Below, piece by piece: positions 50,205-62,739 of a stretch of 64,000 nucleotides of DNA. How positions within the stretch are numbered: the first letter of the stretch is position 1; each line of letters begins with the position of its first letter. Made by a program: the position numbers and the translations under genes. The notes under the pieces are model-generated. The model was not told the DNA's origin, did not search any database, and saw only the letters and a list, made by a program, of their open reading frames with translations. The DNA comes from the human T2T-CHM13v2.0 reference genome, Homo sapiens: NCBI RefSeq assembly GCF_009914755.1, contig NC_060932.1; one strand, written 5' to 3'.

Positions 50205-53040
50205 AATTTCCCACTATGCTTGTGAATTTGTCTACTTTTTAGTCAATTTTTGCTTTATGTATTTTGAAGCTATGGTATTAAATACATACAAATTTAGATC
50301 TGTAATGTCCTTATGATGAATTGAGCCTTTTATTATATTATGACTTGCTTTTCTCTAGTAATGGTTTTGGGCTTGAAGTTTATTTTATCAAACATTAATG
50401 TAATTTCACAACACTTTTTTTTTGGCCAGAATTTTTCTGGTATTTCTTTTCCATCATTTGACTTAATTCTTCTGTGTCTATATGTTTTAATTCTCTTATA
50501 AACAACACAGAATTGTATTACTTTCAGATAGTTAAATAATCTTCATCTTTTATCTTTCAAATTTAATCCATTTACAATTATTGTTGAAACAAAGAGAAAA
50601 GCAGTCCCTCATACCCACAAGGTGACCTGGCAATAAGAGCTAAGCCTGGATGTTTCTAGGAGCTGTCTAGGCACTCAAAACTGGGTTGTGGTGTTATTCT
50701 GTTGAACATGAACCATTTTGCAGAGCATTAACATCAGACAAGGCCTCTCTGTGAGCATGACACAAACAAGAATTTTCCATAAGTGTATCTCAGCAGGAAC
50801 AAAAACATTGTCCAAACAGAAAAATGGTCAAAAAGTCCTCTTGTCTGATTAAACTAGTAACTGTTGCTTCTGTACTAATTATGGATTTAGCTCTGCTTTA
50901 TTTCTCCTACCTCTTAAATAAAATTCATTAAAATACTTATTTATAGAATTTCTCCTGTGTCCTAAACATGTGTCATCTGAAGCAAACCAATATTTAAGTC
51001 TTCTCTCACATCTCACATGACTAAGCTTTATATTAATAAAAGTTCCTTCTAAAATCTACTTTCTGAGATGTCCTATGGCTTCCTGGTATGCTGTCTTCCA
51101 TGTGACAATGAGCCAATAAACCCAACATTCTTTGACTATTGGTGTGTCCCTGGTGGTCTTTGACAGATGGGCATCAATACCATAATTGCTGATATATTTC
51201 AATTTATTTCTACTAATCTTATTAAGCAGTTTCTATTTCTCCTGTCTTCTATACTCCTTTCCCTATTTTATTGTCTTTTGGATTTCTTTTCTCCTTCTCA
51301 TTCAATTTTCTCTTCATTTCTAGTCATTCTATATCAATTATTTAATGTTTTCCCTATTTTAATGTTCATATTTAACATACAGGCGATTACTGTCCAGTCT
51401 TATATTTATAGCCACTTTTCCTCCCACAAAATACACATTGCTGTTATTGTGCAATCCATATTTGTTTTAAGTTGTGTCTAAATGTCTGTCATTACCTTTG
51501 CCCATCATTCAGTTATTCAGTATGACCTTCCCTCTGGGTTCATCTGTTTAAAGTATACCCTTTAAATTGTTTATACAAAATGTCTTTGGTAACAATATTT
51601 TCATATGTTTTAATCTATTATTTCACGCTTAATCTTGAAAGATGTTTTACTTGGTAAAAATTTCAAAGTTAACTTGCATATCTTTCAACACATTGAAGAT
51701 ACTCTTGGACTGTTTTCCAGCATCCTTTCTTGTTAGTAAAAATTCAGGCTAAGAATGAATTGTCAGTTATTTGTAGATGATTGGCTTTTTCTCTCTGGCT
51801 GTTTTTTAAGGCTATCTGTTCTTCTTTGGTGTTCTACAGTTTCACTTTGATGTGTTAAGGTATGAATTTCTTTTTATTCATCTTGTTTGGAATATATAGG
51901 ACTTCCTAGATCTAAGTGCTGGTGTCTTTCAACATATCTGGAAAATTTCAGCCCCTTTGTCTTTGAATATTTCTTCTTCTCCATTCTATTATCCTCCTGT
52001 AAATTATGATGAAGTGTATTTTAGATGTTCTGATGCTTTCTCCTTGTCTTTCACCCTCCTTTTATATTTTCAATCTATTGATTGTGTTCCGAATAACTAC
52101 CTCAGATGTTTTTTACAGGACATTTTGTCTTCAGCTGCATCAAATCTGCTGTTTAAACTATCCACTTAGGTTTAAGATACAATTATATTCTCCAATTATA
52201 GCAGTTTTATTTTTTCACATCTGCTTGTTCTCGAATTTCAAGCTCCTTTGCTATTCAAGCTCCCTTTAAAGATATTAAATACAGTTATTTTGAATGTTGT
52301 GTCTAAAGCTAACATCTGAACTATTTGTCATTCTGTCTCTACTCTCCCTTATTTCTGCCGGTTCCCATCATGCTGTCTTTTGCCCTGAGCTGTTTCATGA
52401 TTTTTGACTGTAAAATGTTCTTTTACTGGGAACTATATCTGTGGAATTCTTTGAAGCCTGAATTAAACTTGAATTCCTTCAGAGAGGATTTGCAATTGCT
52501 TCTACCAAACATATAGTTACTACCAACCTGAGACCACTTTAAACTAAATTCTGCATTTTAAGTTTTTCAAACCACAATGGTAACATAAATTTAGACTATA
52601 ATCCTGCATGAGGCCCAGCATATAAATATGAATTCTCAGGGCTTTTTATTCCTCCCTATATATATCCAGCATCAGAGTCTAAATAGCCAGTTGACCTTGC
52701 TGTAGCCTTCTGCATAGGAGGTTTATTTTTCTTTTATGCTTAATTTGATAGTAGAGCTCTTGGCATTTCTAGTTTTATTCATGGATTTCCTATTGACTTC
52801 CCAACCCTCATTGAGACCAATGAAGTCATCAAAGGAAGCTTTACGATCTCTAGGGTTTTGATAGAAGCATTCGTATCAAAAGCCCACATTGTCACTGGCC
52901 TACCTCATATAGAGGTATTCATAGAACCCATAAGCATTCTATGGATTTCTTATTTTGTGCCAACTCAACAATATGTTGTAAATTTCATTTATCCATAAGT
53001 TTCATTTTTTTAAGGAGGCAGTTTTTCTCAGAAATTGTAA
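50205..53040 (-). mobile_element. Ancient L1M (L1ME-type) EN/ORF1/5' region, interrupted by MER67
   Basis: TTTTTGCTTTATGTATTTTGAAGCT, TTTAATCCATTTACA and TTTTCTCTCTGGCTGTTTTTAAG blocks. Confidence 0.65.
50582..51179 (+). mobile_element. ERV1 solo LTR (MER67-like)
   Basis: TGTTG start, ACATCAGACAAGGCC, AACATTGTCCAAAC, and AATAAACCCAAC...GGTGTGTCCCTGGTGGTCTTTG. Confidence 0.7.
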
Positions 53041-53190
53041 TCTGTCATACTAGATGCTGCTAGATTTTGTCATTAGATTAAGTCTCTAAACTTAAATTTC
53101 CTCATTTAGTACTTAAAGGGGATATGATATCATTTGCTTGATACTACATCATAATATGTGTAAAATACTGCTACCCAGCATTATGCTTTT

Positions 53191-53308
53191 GTGGAGTATC
53201 ATTTATCCCCCCAAAAGCAGTTGTAAACAAATTTTGATCCAATCTGACAACAGTTAGGAGCCAGGAGACAATGCAATTATATCTTCAAGAGGCTAAGAAC
53301 GCTATCAA
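53191..53308 (+). repeat. Dispersed direct repeat, copy 1 (copy 2 at 54643-54764)
   Basis: About 120 bp, differing by 4 substitutions and one 4-bp indel by eye. Confidence 0.95.
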
Positions 53309-53359
53309 GTGAGGACTTGAGTGTAAGGACCAGGGGAAGCCTTACTGATGGGTACAGGA

Positions 53360-53660
53360 TGGCATCTCCCAAACTATATTCTTTGACTGTTAGTGCCTTT
53401 CACAATATTAATTGGTATTCCTCCAAAAAATAAAAAATACATACCGTGTCCTATTGACAAAATGTTGGGAAAATTCTGCATGTACTTTTACCCTCTTGGG
53501 GAAATACATGAATATTAACATAGGGAACACTCTGAGAAGCCTTATAATAAGAGCACCTGATGAAAAATTTTTTAACCAAATATTTTTAACCACACCTTAT
53601 CAAAGAACCTATTTTCTTAAAGAACACTGATGTCCAGAGATCACAGTTTGGGAAACAATG
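53360..53660. mobile_element. hAT-Charlie MITE (MER112-like)
   Basis: Terminal CATCTCCCAAAC / GTTTGGGAAACAATG inverted ends and internal CTCTGAGAAG. Confidence 0.5.
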
Positions 53661-53835
53661 GTGTCAGGGAATATAGTTAATCCGTCTCCTCTTGGAGGAT
53701 TCAAAATACAACTTTTCCATACAAAGAGGCATCTCGTGTGGAAAAATAAGGGTAATAGGGGAAGGAGTGCTGGGGTATGTGGGGAAGTTCTGTGGAGCAA
53801 GGGAGGCATTACTGTGGTGTACTATCAAGAGTTTA

Positions 53836-53980
53836 GGCCGGGTGTGGTGGCTCACATCTTTAATCTCAGCACTCTGGGAGGCCATGGGAGGAGAGTCACT
53901 TGGAGTCAGGAGTTTGAGACCAGCCTGGACAACATAGCAAGACCCTGTCTCTACAAAAATTAGAAAAAATAGCCAGGCGT
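53836..53980 (+). mobile_element. AluJ left arm plus linker (3'-truncated)
   Basis: GGCCGGGTGTGGTGGCTCAC...CAACATAGCAAGACCCTGTCTCTACAAAAA. Confidence 0.88.
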
Positions 53981-54642
53981 AATAATAATCACAATGCCTG
54001 ACTGCAGGGCTGCTAAGATCTTCTATTTAGATTAATCCATATAAAGCCAATTTATCAGAAAATATTTGTGTTCTGTTATGTAAGACTGTAAAAGCATGAG
54101 TTGAGGGAGAGAAGAAGGAATATAGCTGACAAGGGTCGACATCTCCTTCCATGCCATTACTTCTAGAAAGTGTAAGTCAATCTTGAGGGTTTTTTTTTTG
54201 AGTGTACATTGGATAGGAACCACTGAGAGGTAAAAGGATTAAGGAGAAGTTGCAGAAATTAGAGGAAACAAAAAAGCAAGCCATGAAGAAATGCTCAGGG
54301 TTTGAGGCAGATCCCAAGAGCAGAAAGGTCATTACTGCTCATCCTCACAGCACTAAAAAGCTCTTCACAGTGGAATGGTTCATAGATCACACAGGAAGAA
54401 AGACTAACACAGTAGCTATTATGCCAAATGTCTGTAAGCAACTACTGCGTTAGAAACTGTGTATATTCATGGTGACTGTTGTGGAACAAAGGCCAGGGAA
54501 GCCCGAAATAAGATCCTGTGTTCTAGAGTCTTTGAGATTCAAGAAAGTTTCAATCGTGGAAATTGAGAATAGTAAATTTCTGGCTACAAGAAAAATTTGT
54601 TTTTTAATATTATTGAGGCTTTTTATAGCCCCATATGTTATC

Positions 54643-54764
54643 GTGGAGTATAATTTATCCCCCCAAAAGCAGTTGTAAACAAATTTTGATCCAATCTGAC
54701 AAAAGTTAGACAGGAGCCAGGAGACAATGCAATTATGTCTTCAAGAGGCTAAGAACCCTATCAA
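54643..54764 (+). repeat. Dispersed direct repeat, copy 2 of 53191-53308
   Basis: GTGGAGTAT...GAGGCTAAGAAC.CTATCAA is shared by both copies. Confidence 0.95.
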
Positions 54765-55004
54765 ATTGCATTTCTCCCTGCCCATGTTCTTTCTCCTTCC
54801 TTTTTTTGTGTTATCTGGAGCACACGTGACCTTCTAACATTTTGTACATTAACTATCTGTTTATCATTTGTCTTCTTCAACCAGAAGGTAACCTACAGTA
54901 GGGCAGGGATTTTTGTCCATTTTATCCATAAATGTATCCCCAGTGCCAAGAAGATTGGCTAATATACAGTAGGTGCTCAGTAAATATTGGATGAATAAAT
55001 AAAT
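54765..55004 (+). mobile_element. LINE-2 (L2a) 3' end
   Basis: GGGCAGGGATTTTTGTC...GTATCCCCAGTGCC...CAGTAGGTGCTCAGTAAATATT. Confidence 0.8.
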
Positions 55005-56090
55005 CATTTCACAGCAACATAGGGAGCATTTAGCTTCATTTTCCAGAAAAAATAAAAGCACTCAAGCTAGTATTAAGCACAAGTCACAGGATTTGCCCCT
55101 CTTATGTCAATTTATGTGACATAAATTGGCATAAATTTTATACCTTCAAGGGTATAAAAACTCAGACGAAATCATCTTCTCATTTCTCTCCTTCACACTG
55201 TTAACACAGTAAATTTTCTGTAGTTGAGATTTTATGCAAAAGCAAAAAAGAAACGGCAAAAATCCCAACCCAAACAAGCAAATATAAGCAAATGAGCAAA
55301 CTTTTATTTGCATCTACTGTGTGTCAAGCTAAATTGGACTCTGTGTATTATTTTAATTAAAAATAATCCCCTTGAGTACAAATGAGAAAGAAAAAAAATG
55401 TAATCATTGGCCAACCTGTAAATTACTTTAAACAGTGTTTCTGGAGCCTTAATGCAGATGGCATATTCTGGTTGTTAATAGTCCCTTATTTCAGGGAAAA
55501 TTACTCTTTGCCACTTGCTTAATTTGCCACTCAGAAACATGGGCTTATTTGGATCTAATGCTCTTGGATAGAATGTGAACTTTGAACTTCTGGTTATATT
55601 ATCAATATTCCTTATGTGGCAAATTGTCTTCTTAAGAAAATACAGTTATTTTTCCCAAACATTTTTTGCTCTAAAACATACAGTATATACTCACACACAC
55701 ATCAATTTGGATAAAGTCTGTTTTCTAGCTAATTTTATATTCCCAGGTAATTAAAATCCTACATGATTTCAGTTCACTGTTGTTCTAAGACATCTGCTAA
55801 AAACAACTATTTACAAAAAAAAGTATTGAAATTCTGTTAATTGGTCCTACTTTTATAAAAAAAATTTTAAGTGCACAATTTTGAGTCATAGCATCTCTAA
55901 AACTCAAATATTTAAATGCTCTACTTATGTGCTTTACTGAGCACTGGAGGAGGAAGATAAGGCAATAATTGTTCATGAAAAAATACATATAAATTAAGAA
56001 AGATTGAAAATAAAATGATTACAAAATGACTTCCAAATGTCTGACAAGCTATAGCAGCCTTACAAAATTAAATAATTTTAAAGGTTTGTC

Positions 56091-56210
56091 TGCCAAGTGT
56101 GGTGGGTCATGCCTATAATCCCAGCACTTTGGGATTGATTGAGCATAGGAGTTTGAGACCAGCCTGGGCAACATGGTGAGACCCTGCCTCTGAAAAAAAA
56201 AAAAAAAAAA
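56091..56210 (+). mobile_element. Alu left monomer (FLAM-like) with poly-A
   Basis: GCCTATAATCCCAGCACTTTGGGA...GAGACCAGCCTGGGCAACATGG followed by an A run. Confidence 0.88.
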
Positions 56211-56284
56211 AGATAACTATATATTTTTTTAAATAAAATAAAAATAAAATTTTCCTACCATCTGAGATTACTGTGTTCACCATA

Positions 56285-56653
56285 TGATATGGTTTGGCTG
56301 TGTCCCCACACAAATCTCATCTTGAATTTTAGCTTCCATAATTCCCATTTGTCATAGGAGAGTCCTGCTGGGAGATAATTGAATCATGGGGGCGGTTCCC
56401 CCATACTGTTCTCATGGTGGTGAATACGTTTCAAGAGATCTGATGGTTTTATAAGGGGTTTCCTTTTCTGCTTGGCTCTCATTATCTCTTGTCTGTCGCC
56501 ACGTAAGACATGCCTTTGCTTCTTTTTTCCTTTCCACCGTGATTGTGAGACCTCCCCAGCCATGTGGAACTGTGAGTCCATTAAACCTCTTTCCTTTATA
56601 ATTACCCAGTCTCGGGTATGTCTTTATTAGCAGTGTGATAGCAGACTAATACA
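56285..56653 (+). mobile_element. THE1 (THE1B/C-like) solo LTR
   Basis: TGATATGGTTTGGCTGTGTCCCCAC...CAGACTAATACA. 5-bp TSD-like CCATA / CCAGA. Confidence 0.95.
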
Positions 56654-57870
56654 CCAGAGCTCTATAAAATAATATGGATGTCATGGAATAGTCATATCCG
56701 TATTTGCTGTTTAATCTTTGGCTGCAATGTCATAGATAATTAATCAATAGATAGGAATGAGCTTAGAAGACAGAAAACAGGCCTCATTGAAAAGACCAAG
56801 GTGACAGAACCAAACATGTTTATTATGGCCTTACATATACACATTCTTTCTGAGGTTAGCTTTTTTCATCTGTGATCGTTGTTTCTCATTATTGTCTGGA
56901 TTCAAAGTTGAATGTCTTGTATTTATAACTGAAAAATCTCTTTGTACTCAATTCAGTGAAGAAAAAGGAGAAAACAGAGGAGTGCTCCTCCTGTAGATGT
57001 AGACTGAGGAACTCAGTGTTTTGCTCAAATATTGCTTGAAGAAATTAATTCCAATTTACAGCTAACAAAATCAGCCACACTTTACATGAGAAATATGTAT
57101 AAAGACACTTGACTGAGAGATTACCAAATTCTGAGAGCTTAAATTTGATAGATTTGTTTGGAACAGAGAAATGATAATAAAATCAGTTTATACTGAATAA
57201 AATAGATGAGAGCGATAGCGAACTGGAGGTATTAATTGGGGAGTTCTTATTGTGCAATTTCCTTCTTTAAGAGGTAGGAAATTTACTAGATTCAATCATT
57301 TTTGAAATCCAAGTTCTTTCTGTTTCGTAATAAAATAAGGCACACTGTATTGCTTTGTTAAAAGTGGTAGTGTTAGAATTGAGATGACCCATTTTAATAT
57401 TTTGCCTGGTTCTCACTGCAGCTAACATAGCATGTATGTAAGCAGATGTGTAGAGAGAAAACAAGTGGAAATCTTCAGAAAAACAGCCTAAAATTTGATT
57501 TCTATTTTCTATCTTTTTACCTGTCACCAATGATCTGGTCTCCAACCCTCTCTCATAAGCACCCTTGACTAACAGACACCTCCACAATTTTAGTTACAAT
57601 CATTTATTCTTTGACCACTACCTCCTGTCTTTCCAGCTTACTGCCTTTCTTAATTCAACTCACAATGGTTTCTAAAATTCTAACTGTTCTGATCCATTGC
57701 TACCTTTTAGACACCAACTCCCTCTGCTGGGTTCCCCCTGAGGTCACTCTGTTTCAACTCTGAAAGATTTCCTGAGTTCCTCAAACACCCCCACACTCCC
57801 TCCACGAGATGTTTGTACTTGGAATTTTTCTTCCTGAATTACTCTTACTCCAGATATCCTCATGGCTCAC

Positions 57871-58213
57871 GAATTAGTGATCTATTACCCCAAATTAGCA
57901 GCTTAATACAACTCATATTTATTATCTCACTCAGTTCCATAAGGTCAAGAATCTGGGAGTAGCATAGACTCTAGGAAGCAGAGATCAGCCTCAGGGTCTC
58001 TTGTGAGGTTGCCAGGAAGATATTGGCCAGAATTGCAGCCGACATGCCTCAAGCTGAGGGGTCTGCTGCCAGATGTAGGCAGGAGGCATCAGGACCTCCC
58101 CAAATGACATGCTGCATTCTGTGAACCACTGAGTCCAGCCTGTGCTCAAGAGAGAGAAATTAAGCTCCACTTCTTTAAGGAAGGAGTACAAGAAATTTGT
58201 TGGCTTTCTAAAC
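57871..58213 (-). mobile_element. MaLR LTR (MLT1F-like)
   Basis: TATTTATTATCTCAC...GGTCAAGAATCTGGGAGTAGC...CTCAGGGTCTCT...GAAGGAGTACAAGAAATTTG. Confidence 0.65.
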
Positions 58214-58215
58214 AT

Positions 58216-58428
58216 GATTTATTGATTCATTTATTTATTTAGAGACAGGGCCTTACTCTGTCACCCAGGCTAGAGTGCAGTGGCCCAATCATAGCTCACT
58301 GTAGTCTTGAACTCCTTAGCTCAAGTGATCTACCTCAGCTACCGGAGTAGCTGGGACTACAGGCACAAGCCACCATGCCAGGCCTCCTAAAGCTTTGGAA
58401 TTACACGCATGAGCTATCTTTCCCTGCC
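58216..58428 (-). mobile_element. AluJ with internal deletion
   Basis: The right arm is joined directly to the 5' part of the left arm (CCATGCCA/GGCCTCCTAAAG). Confidence 0.82.
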
Positions 58429-59839
58429 CTGCTGGCATGCTTTAAAAGTCTTCTGAGCTCATCTCTGATGAACTCTGGGTCTCCACTCCAATGTCACCTT
58501 ATCAGTGAAATTTTTCCTATTTGCCTTATATAAAATAAGAAGCCTTCTCTCTAAGCATTTGCTGGCTCCATTCACTTCACTAATACCTCTCTCCATCTAA
58601 AATATTATAGGTTTATTTCTTTCTTTATTATATATCTCTCCACCCAACCCCTGGAATATAAGCTGTAACAGGAGAAGAAATGTATGTATGTTGTTTACTG
58701 CTATATCCTCAGCACTTGGAAGAGTGCCTGGCATATAATGGGCTAAATCAATAAATAACTGCTGAATGATTAAATGAATGAATAAATAATATAAGAATAA
58801 ATGCTCATTTTAGTTACCCTGAAGGCAATGTAGCCATTGAAAGATCCTGACTGGCTTATGGTTGAAGCTTCTCTTTGTGCTCATTCTTTGGTGCAGGAAA
58901 CCCCTACAAGGACATGAAATTTGCCTTTGTGTTATACAGGAGTATATACACTTATCAGATAAAGTTTTTCCTTTGGACCACAAATAGAGACTTTCAAGTC
59001 CTTCATACGAATAAGCCTCAAAGGGGAGTGAACAGCTCCTGCCCAAGGATTCAGGGTCCCTTGGTGACCTGACTTTTGGGCTTTCCATCAGCACACTTGA
59101 CTAGACAATTGAAATCTGCTGGCTTTTTTATCCTTTTCAGTTCTCTTTTGTTTCAAATTGCTCCCTTAAATGAAAGAATTTCTTGCCTGCTTATCCCTCA
59201 TCAAACCCCTGACCTCATCTACCCCCCAGACTCAGTATCTCACCCGAGTAGCCTGCCATAGCTGTCTAATTCTTAACATGACTAACTCCCTGTGTGGCGC
59301 GTGGCGTCTGAGAGACTTCTGAGCCTGACTTCTCCTAGTCAGCCCTTTTTTCCTCTTTCCATGTCACGGCATGACACACACATTCAATGCCAAATAAGCA
59401 TCCTGCATATAAAATGCTTACAGGTTAACTATATCAATGTGAAATTATTATTTAAAAAAAAAAAGGACAGCAATATAGAATAGCAAGTATTAAAAACACA
59501 TGTGCTACGTTGAAATCTCAGCTCTCTCTCTAGCAAGTTGCTTAAATACTCTTAGATTAAGTCCTCGTCATTATTAGGGATTTGCACTGTCATTAGTGTT
59601 CAAAACCATCGGGATGCTAATTGGCCAAAAAGTCTCTCTACTATACCTGAATATGTATGGGAGACAGTGATTGGGAGAATAGCCCAACTATAGGAACTCA
59701 GTATCAAAAATGACAGGGGTTTCATTTTGCTGAATAAGCAGGCTTGACATTTGCTTAACATCAAGGTGCTCATCAGGTCCAATTTTAATTTCAGTATCCA
59801 TATATCAAAAGGGAAAAATACACAAACTTTTGAGAATTC

Positions 59840-60069
59840 AAAGTTACTAATTGAAATTTTTATTTGTTTTTCCTTTTCTTCCTTATTACATTTGAGGAAC
59901 TAACAGTGAAAAAGAAAAGAATCATTTCATTTTTGCAAGGAGTCTGTCAGTACAAAGGGTGAAAGAGTCTCCAAATTTAAGAAGTCAATTTCTTAAAAAA
60001 ACAACAACACTATTTTCTCTTGATTTTTCCATCCACTTCTTTTGTGATATATGCAACAATATAAATAAT
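59840..60069 (+). repeat. Diverged dispersed direct repeat, copy 1 (copy 2 at 63099-63317)
   Basis: Shared blocks AAAGTT.CTAATTGAA, ATTTGAGGAACTAACA, TTTTTGCAA, GTCTCCAAAT and TATATGCAA.AATA in the same order. Confidence 0.9.
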
Positions 60070-60849
60070 AGTTATATCTCTAAATATGAGTCTCCAGTTA
60101 ATGCCCCGGAGCTTTGATTTTACAGAAGCCTCATTTAGCCACCCTCTTTTCCTCTTTTTTCCACTCCTCCCAGGGAATTAGACATATGGTAAGTTGGAGT
60201 GAATGCAGCACAAATTAAGACAGAAGCAGAGCATATGTGAGCTATGGTGAGACTGCAAGGTCTTCATGCCACAAATTTCCCCTCAACTCGTCTGTGAACT
60301 CATCTATTCTCCAAAACAGCTAACATAGGTTTTGATACATGAAAAAATTAATGTGCAGTATACAACACGTAGAACTGACTTGCTTAGAGGGAACTGATCC
60401 TAGCAACCAACATCTCAAATAAAGTGCTAGTAAGGCTGTTTCCAGAACTCCATGGGTAAGACAGTAGAATAAAGCAGCCAAAAGGAGATATTCTAGTTAT
60501 TGGCCAATCTTGAATTTTCCCTTATGATTGTAAGTAACAAAAAGGAAGAAAGGGTCATGACGATTCATCTTGGGTGTAACTATACCAGTGAAACCAACAG
60601 TAGTATCACTACATTTAATTTCTTTTACATTTACATTGACCATTTCAGAATATTATACACTTTGTTATTATCTGTACCATATAACTCAGCAGAACCTTGT
60701 AATATTTCTCTCTTCTACATGCAGGCTTTAGAAATATTGTTTCCCTTCATACCCCAAATATGTTTTCCTTCAGTTTTTCCTACTCTTCTTCATATGACTT
60801 GGTTTTAGTCTCATGCGTGACCTCTGAATGAATGCCAGTTGAACATGCT

Positions 60850-61116
60850 TGAATTAGTTTCCTATTGCTGCTCTAAAAATTACCACAAACTTAGTGGTGT
60901 AAAACAACAGCAGTTTACTGTCTTAAATTTCTATAGTCCATAAATCTGAAATGGGTCTCAGTGGGCTATCAAGATGCAGCAGGCATAAGATTTTTTTGGA
61001 GGCTCTAAGGCAGAAGATATTTCCTTACCTTGCCAAATGCTAGAGGCCACTACATTCCTTGAATCAGGGCATTCTTCTTCCATTTTCAAAGCCGGCAATA
61101 GGGGTTTGAATTTTTC
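60850..61116 (-). mobile_element. MaLR LTR fragment (MLT1D-like)
   Basis: ATTAGTTTCCTATTGCTGCT...AATTACCACAAACTTAGTGG...TCTGAAATGGGTCTCA. Confidence 0.8.
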
Positions 61117-62739
61117 TGGAAAGAAAAAAAAGGTTATCGGTTAGTCTAAAATCCACCCTTCCTATCCTGGAGACTCCTGGGGAAAGAGAAAACAAGAAAC
61201 AGAGAGAAATAACTTGGTCAAATGTTATCAACATGCTAATTTGACTTGTTGATAGTATCTACTTAAGAAATATCTTTATCCATGGGATGTCTTTAACAGG
61301 ATATCCCTGGTCTGCTAGGGTTGTTTATGGTAAATAAGCCTGGAATCTATGAATGTATGGAGAATGACACTCTAGAAAACATCAATTCTATAATTTTCTG
61401 AGACCAAAGTGGAAAGCTTGCATGTCTGAAACAGCTACCTTTGTGTGAGTGGTGTTCCACTCACATCACTAGGGGCCTCATGTGTTTATCTGGACCAGGA
61501 ATCTCTTGGATCTTGCCAAAAATAAGGTGCATCCAAATGCAGCAAGGGAAGACCAGGGAGCTGTTGTGAGAGTCACAGATACGTCTTTGCTTTGCCTGTA
61601 TCTCTTGATTACCTGTACCCTGGGAATTAGTAAAGTTTGATATTGGGTAAAAATCTATGATTCTTTTTGGTCTGACAATAGGACCATTGTGTTACCTCAA
61701 ATATTTGGGCCAAAAGAAGAATGTCTAAAAAGGAAATATCAGCTATTATAATTCCTTCTCAGGACCCGGGAAACTGTGTTCTCTAATTAACTCATTTTTT
61801 TCCTATATATGTAAAACTTGGTTCTAGTCAATAATAAGGCTAACAAATGGTTGTGGGAATTACTGAACATTACTAACTGTTCCACCGTGAGAAGTAAATA
61901 AAAGAAAAGAAAAGGGGAAAAAAAGGGGGGAAGGAAACAATTAGAATAAGAAAAGGGAAAAGGAAAAGAATAAAAAGAGGAAAAAAAGAATACAAAGAGT
62001 TGCCTATGCTGGGAAATTGTAGGGCTTTCTCAGGAATTGCCTCATATTCTGCCAGACTCTGGCTCATGTGTAGCACACAGCTGAGTTAAAGCAGATGCGC
62101 CCTATGACAATTCACCTAGTTTGCCCCCTGGGCCCTCAAGTTGAAGAAAATTTAACTTAAGGAAAATAGGTTACTTAAGGAGAACATGTGAAAATATTCC
62201 AAATGTAGGAAAATTAACTGCCTGAACTAATGTGAATCATAGCAATTAACAGAGATGAAGATAAATAAATAATATACTTAGTACTGGTCATCAGATTTAT
62301 AGAGGGCTAAAATTTGTAGAGGGTTAAGCCTCTAAAGATGGACCTGAGAAAAATTACCAGAAAGATTCAATTCTGTATCAGATTAAGACAGGATGAATTA
62401 TTTTAGAGATAAATCAAAGGCAAAATATACAAATGGCTTTCATTTGGAAGAAACCTTGTCCTGTGAATACAATTAGAACATAATGGCAAAAAATGCAGGA
62501 CCACAGATTCTCTTTCCAGATGGGGAAAAAACATTTAGACAAAAATATATATTTTTTAACTGACAAGATTTGGATGGGATATCTCAGAGGCGTGATTTCT
62601 TTGGCATTTGATGACTCTTAGGAGGAATGTTGTAGATTAGGTAACAGAAGAGTGTTTGAAAATAAGACACATTGTTTACTTCTAATTAGAATATCTATTA
62701 TTTCATTGCACAATAATGGATAATACGTTATGGTTTCTG

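Larger units (their letters stand above)
57590..58795 (+). mobile_element. LINE-2 (L2a) interrupted by an MLT1 LTR and an AluJ
   Basis: CCAGATATCCTCATGGCTCAC resumes as AATGTCACCTTATCAGTGA...AGTGCCTGGCATATA...GCTGAATGA. Confidence 0.7.

Noticed and set aside
53191-54764. The 120-bp direct repeats as LTRs of an unknown element
   Set aside because: No TG...CA termini, primer-binding site, polypurine tract or TSD. The interior holds older repeats and no coding remnant.
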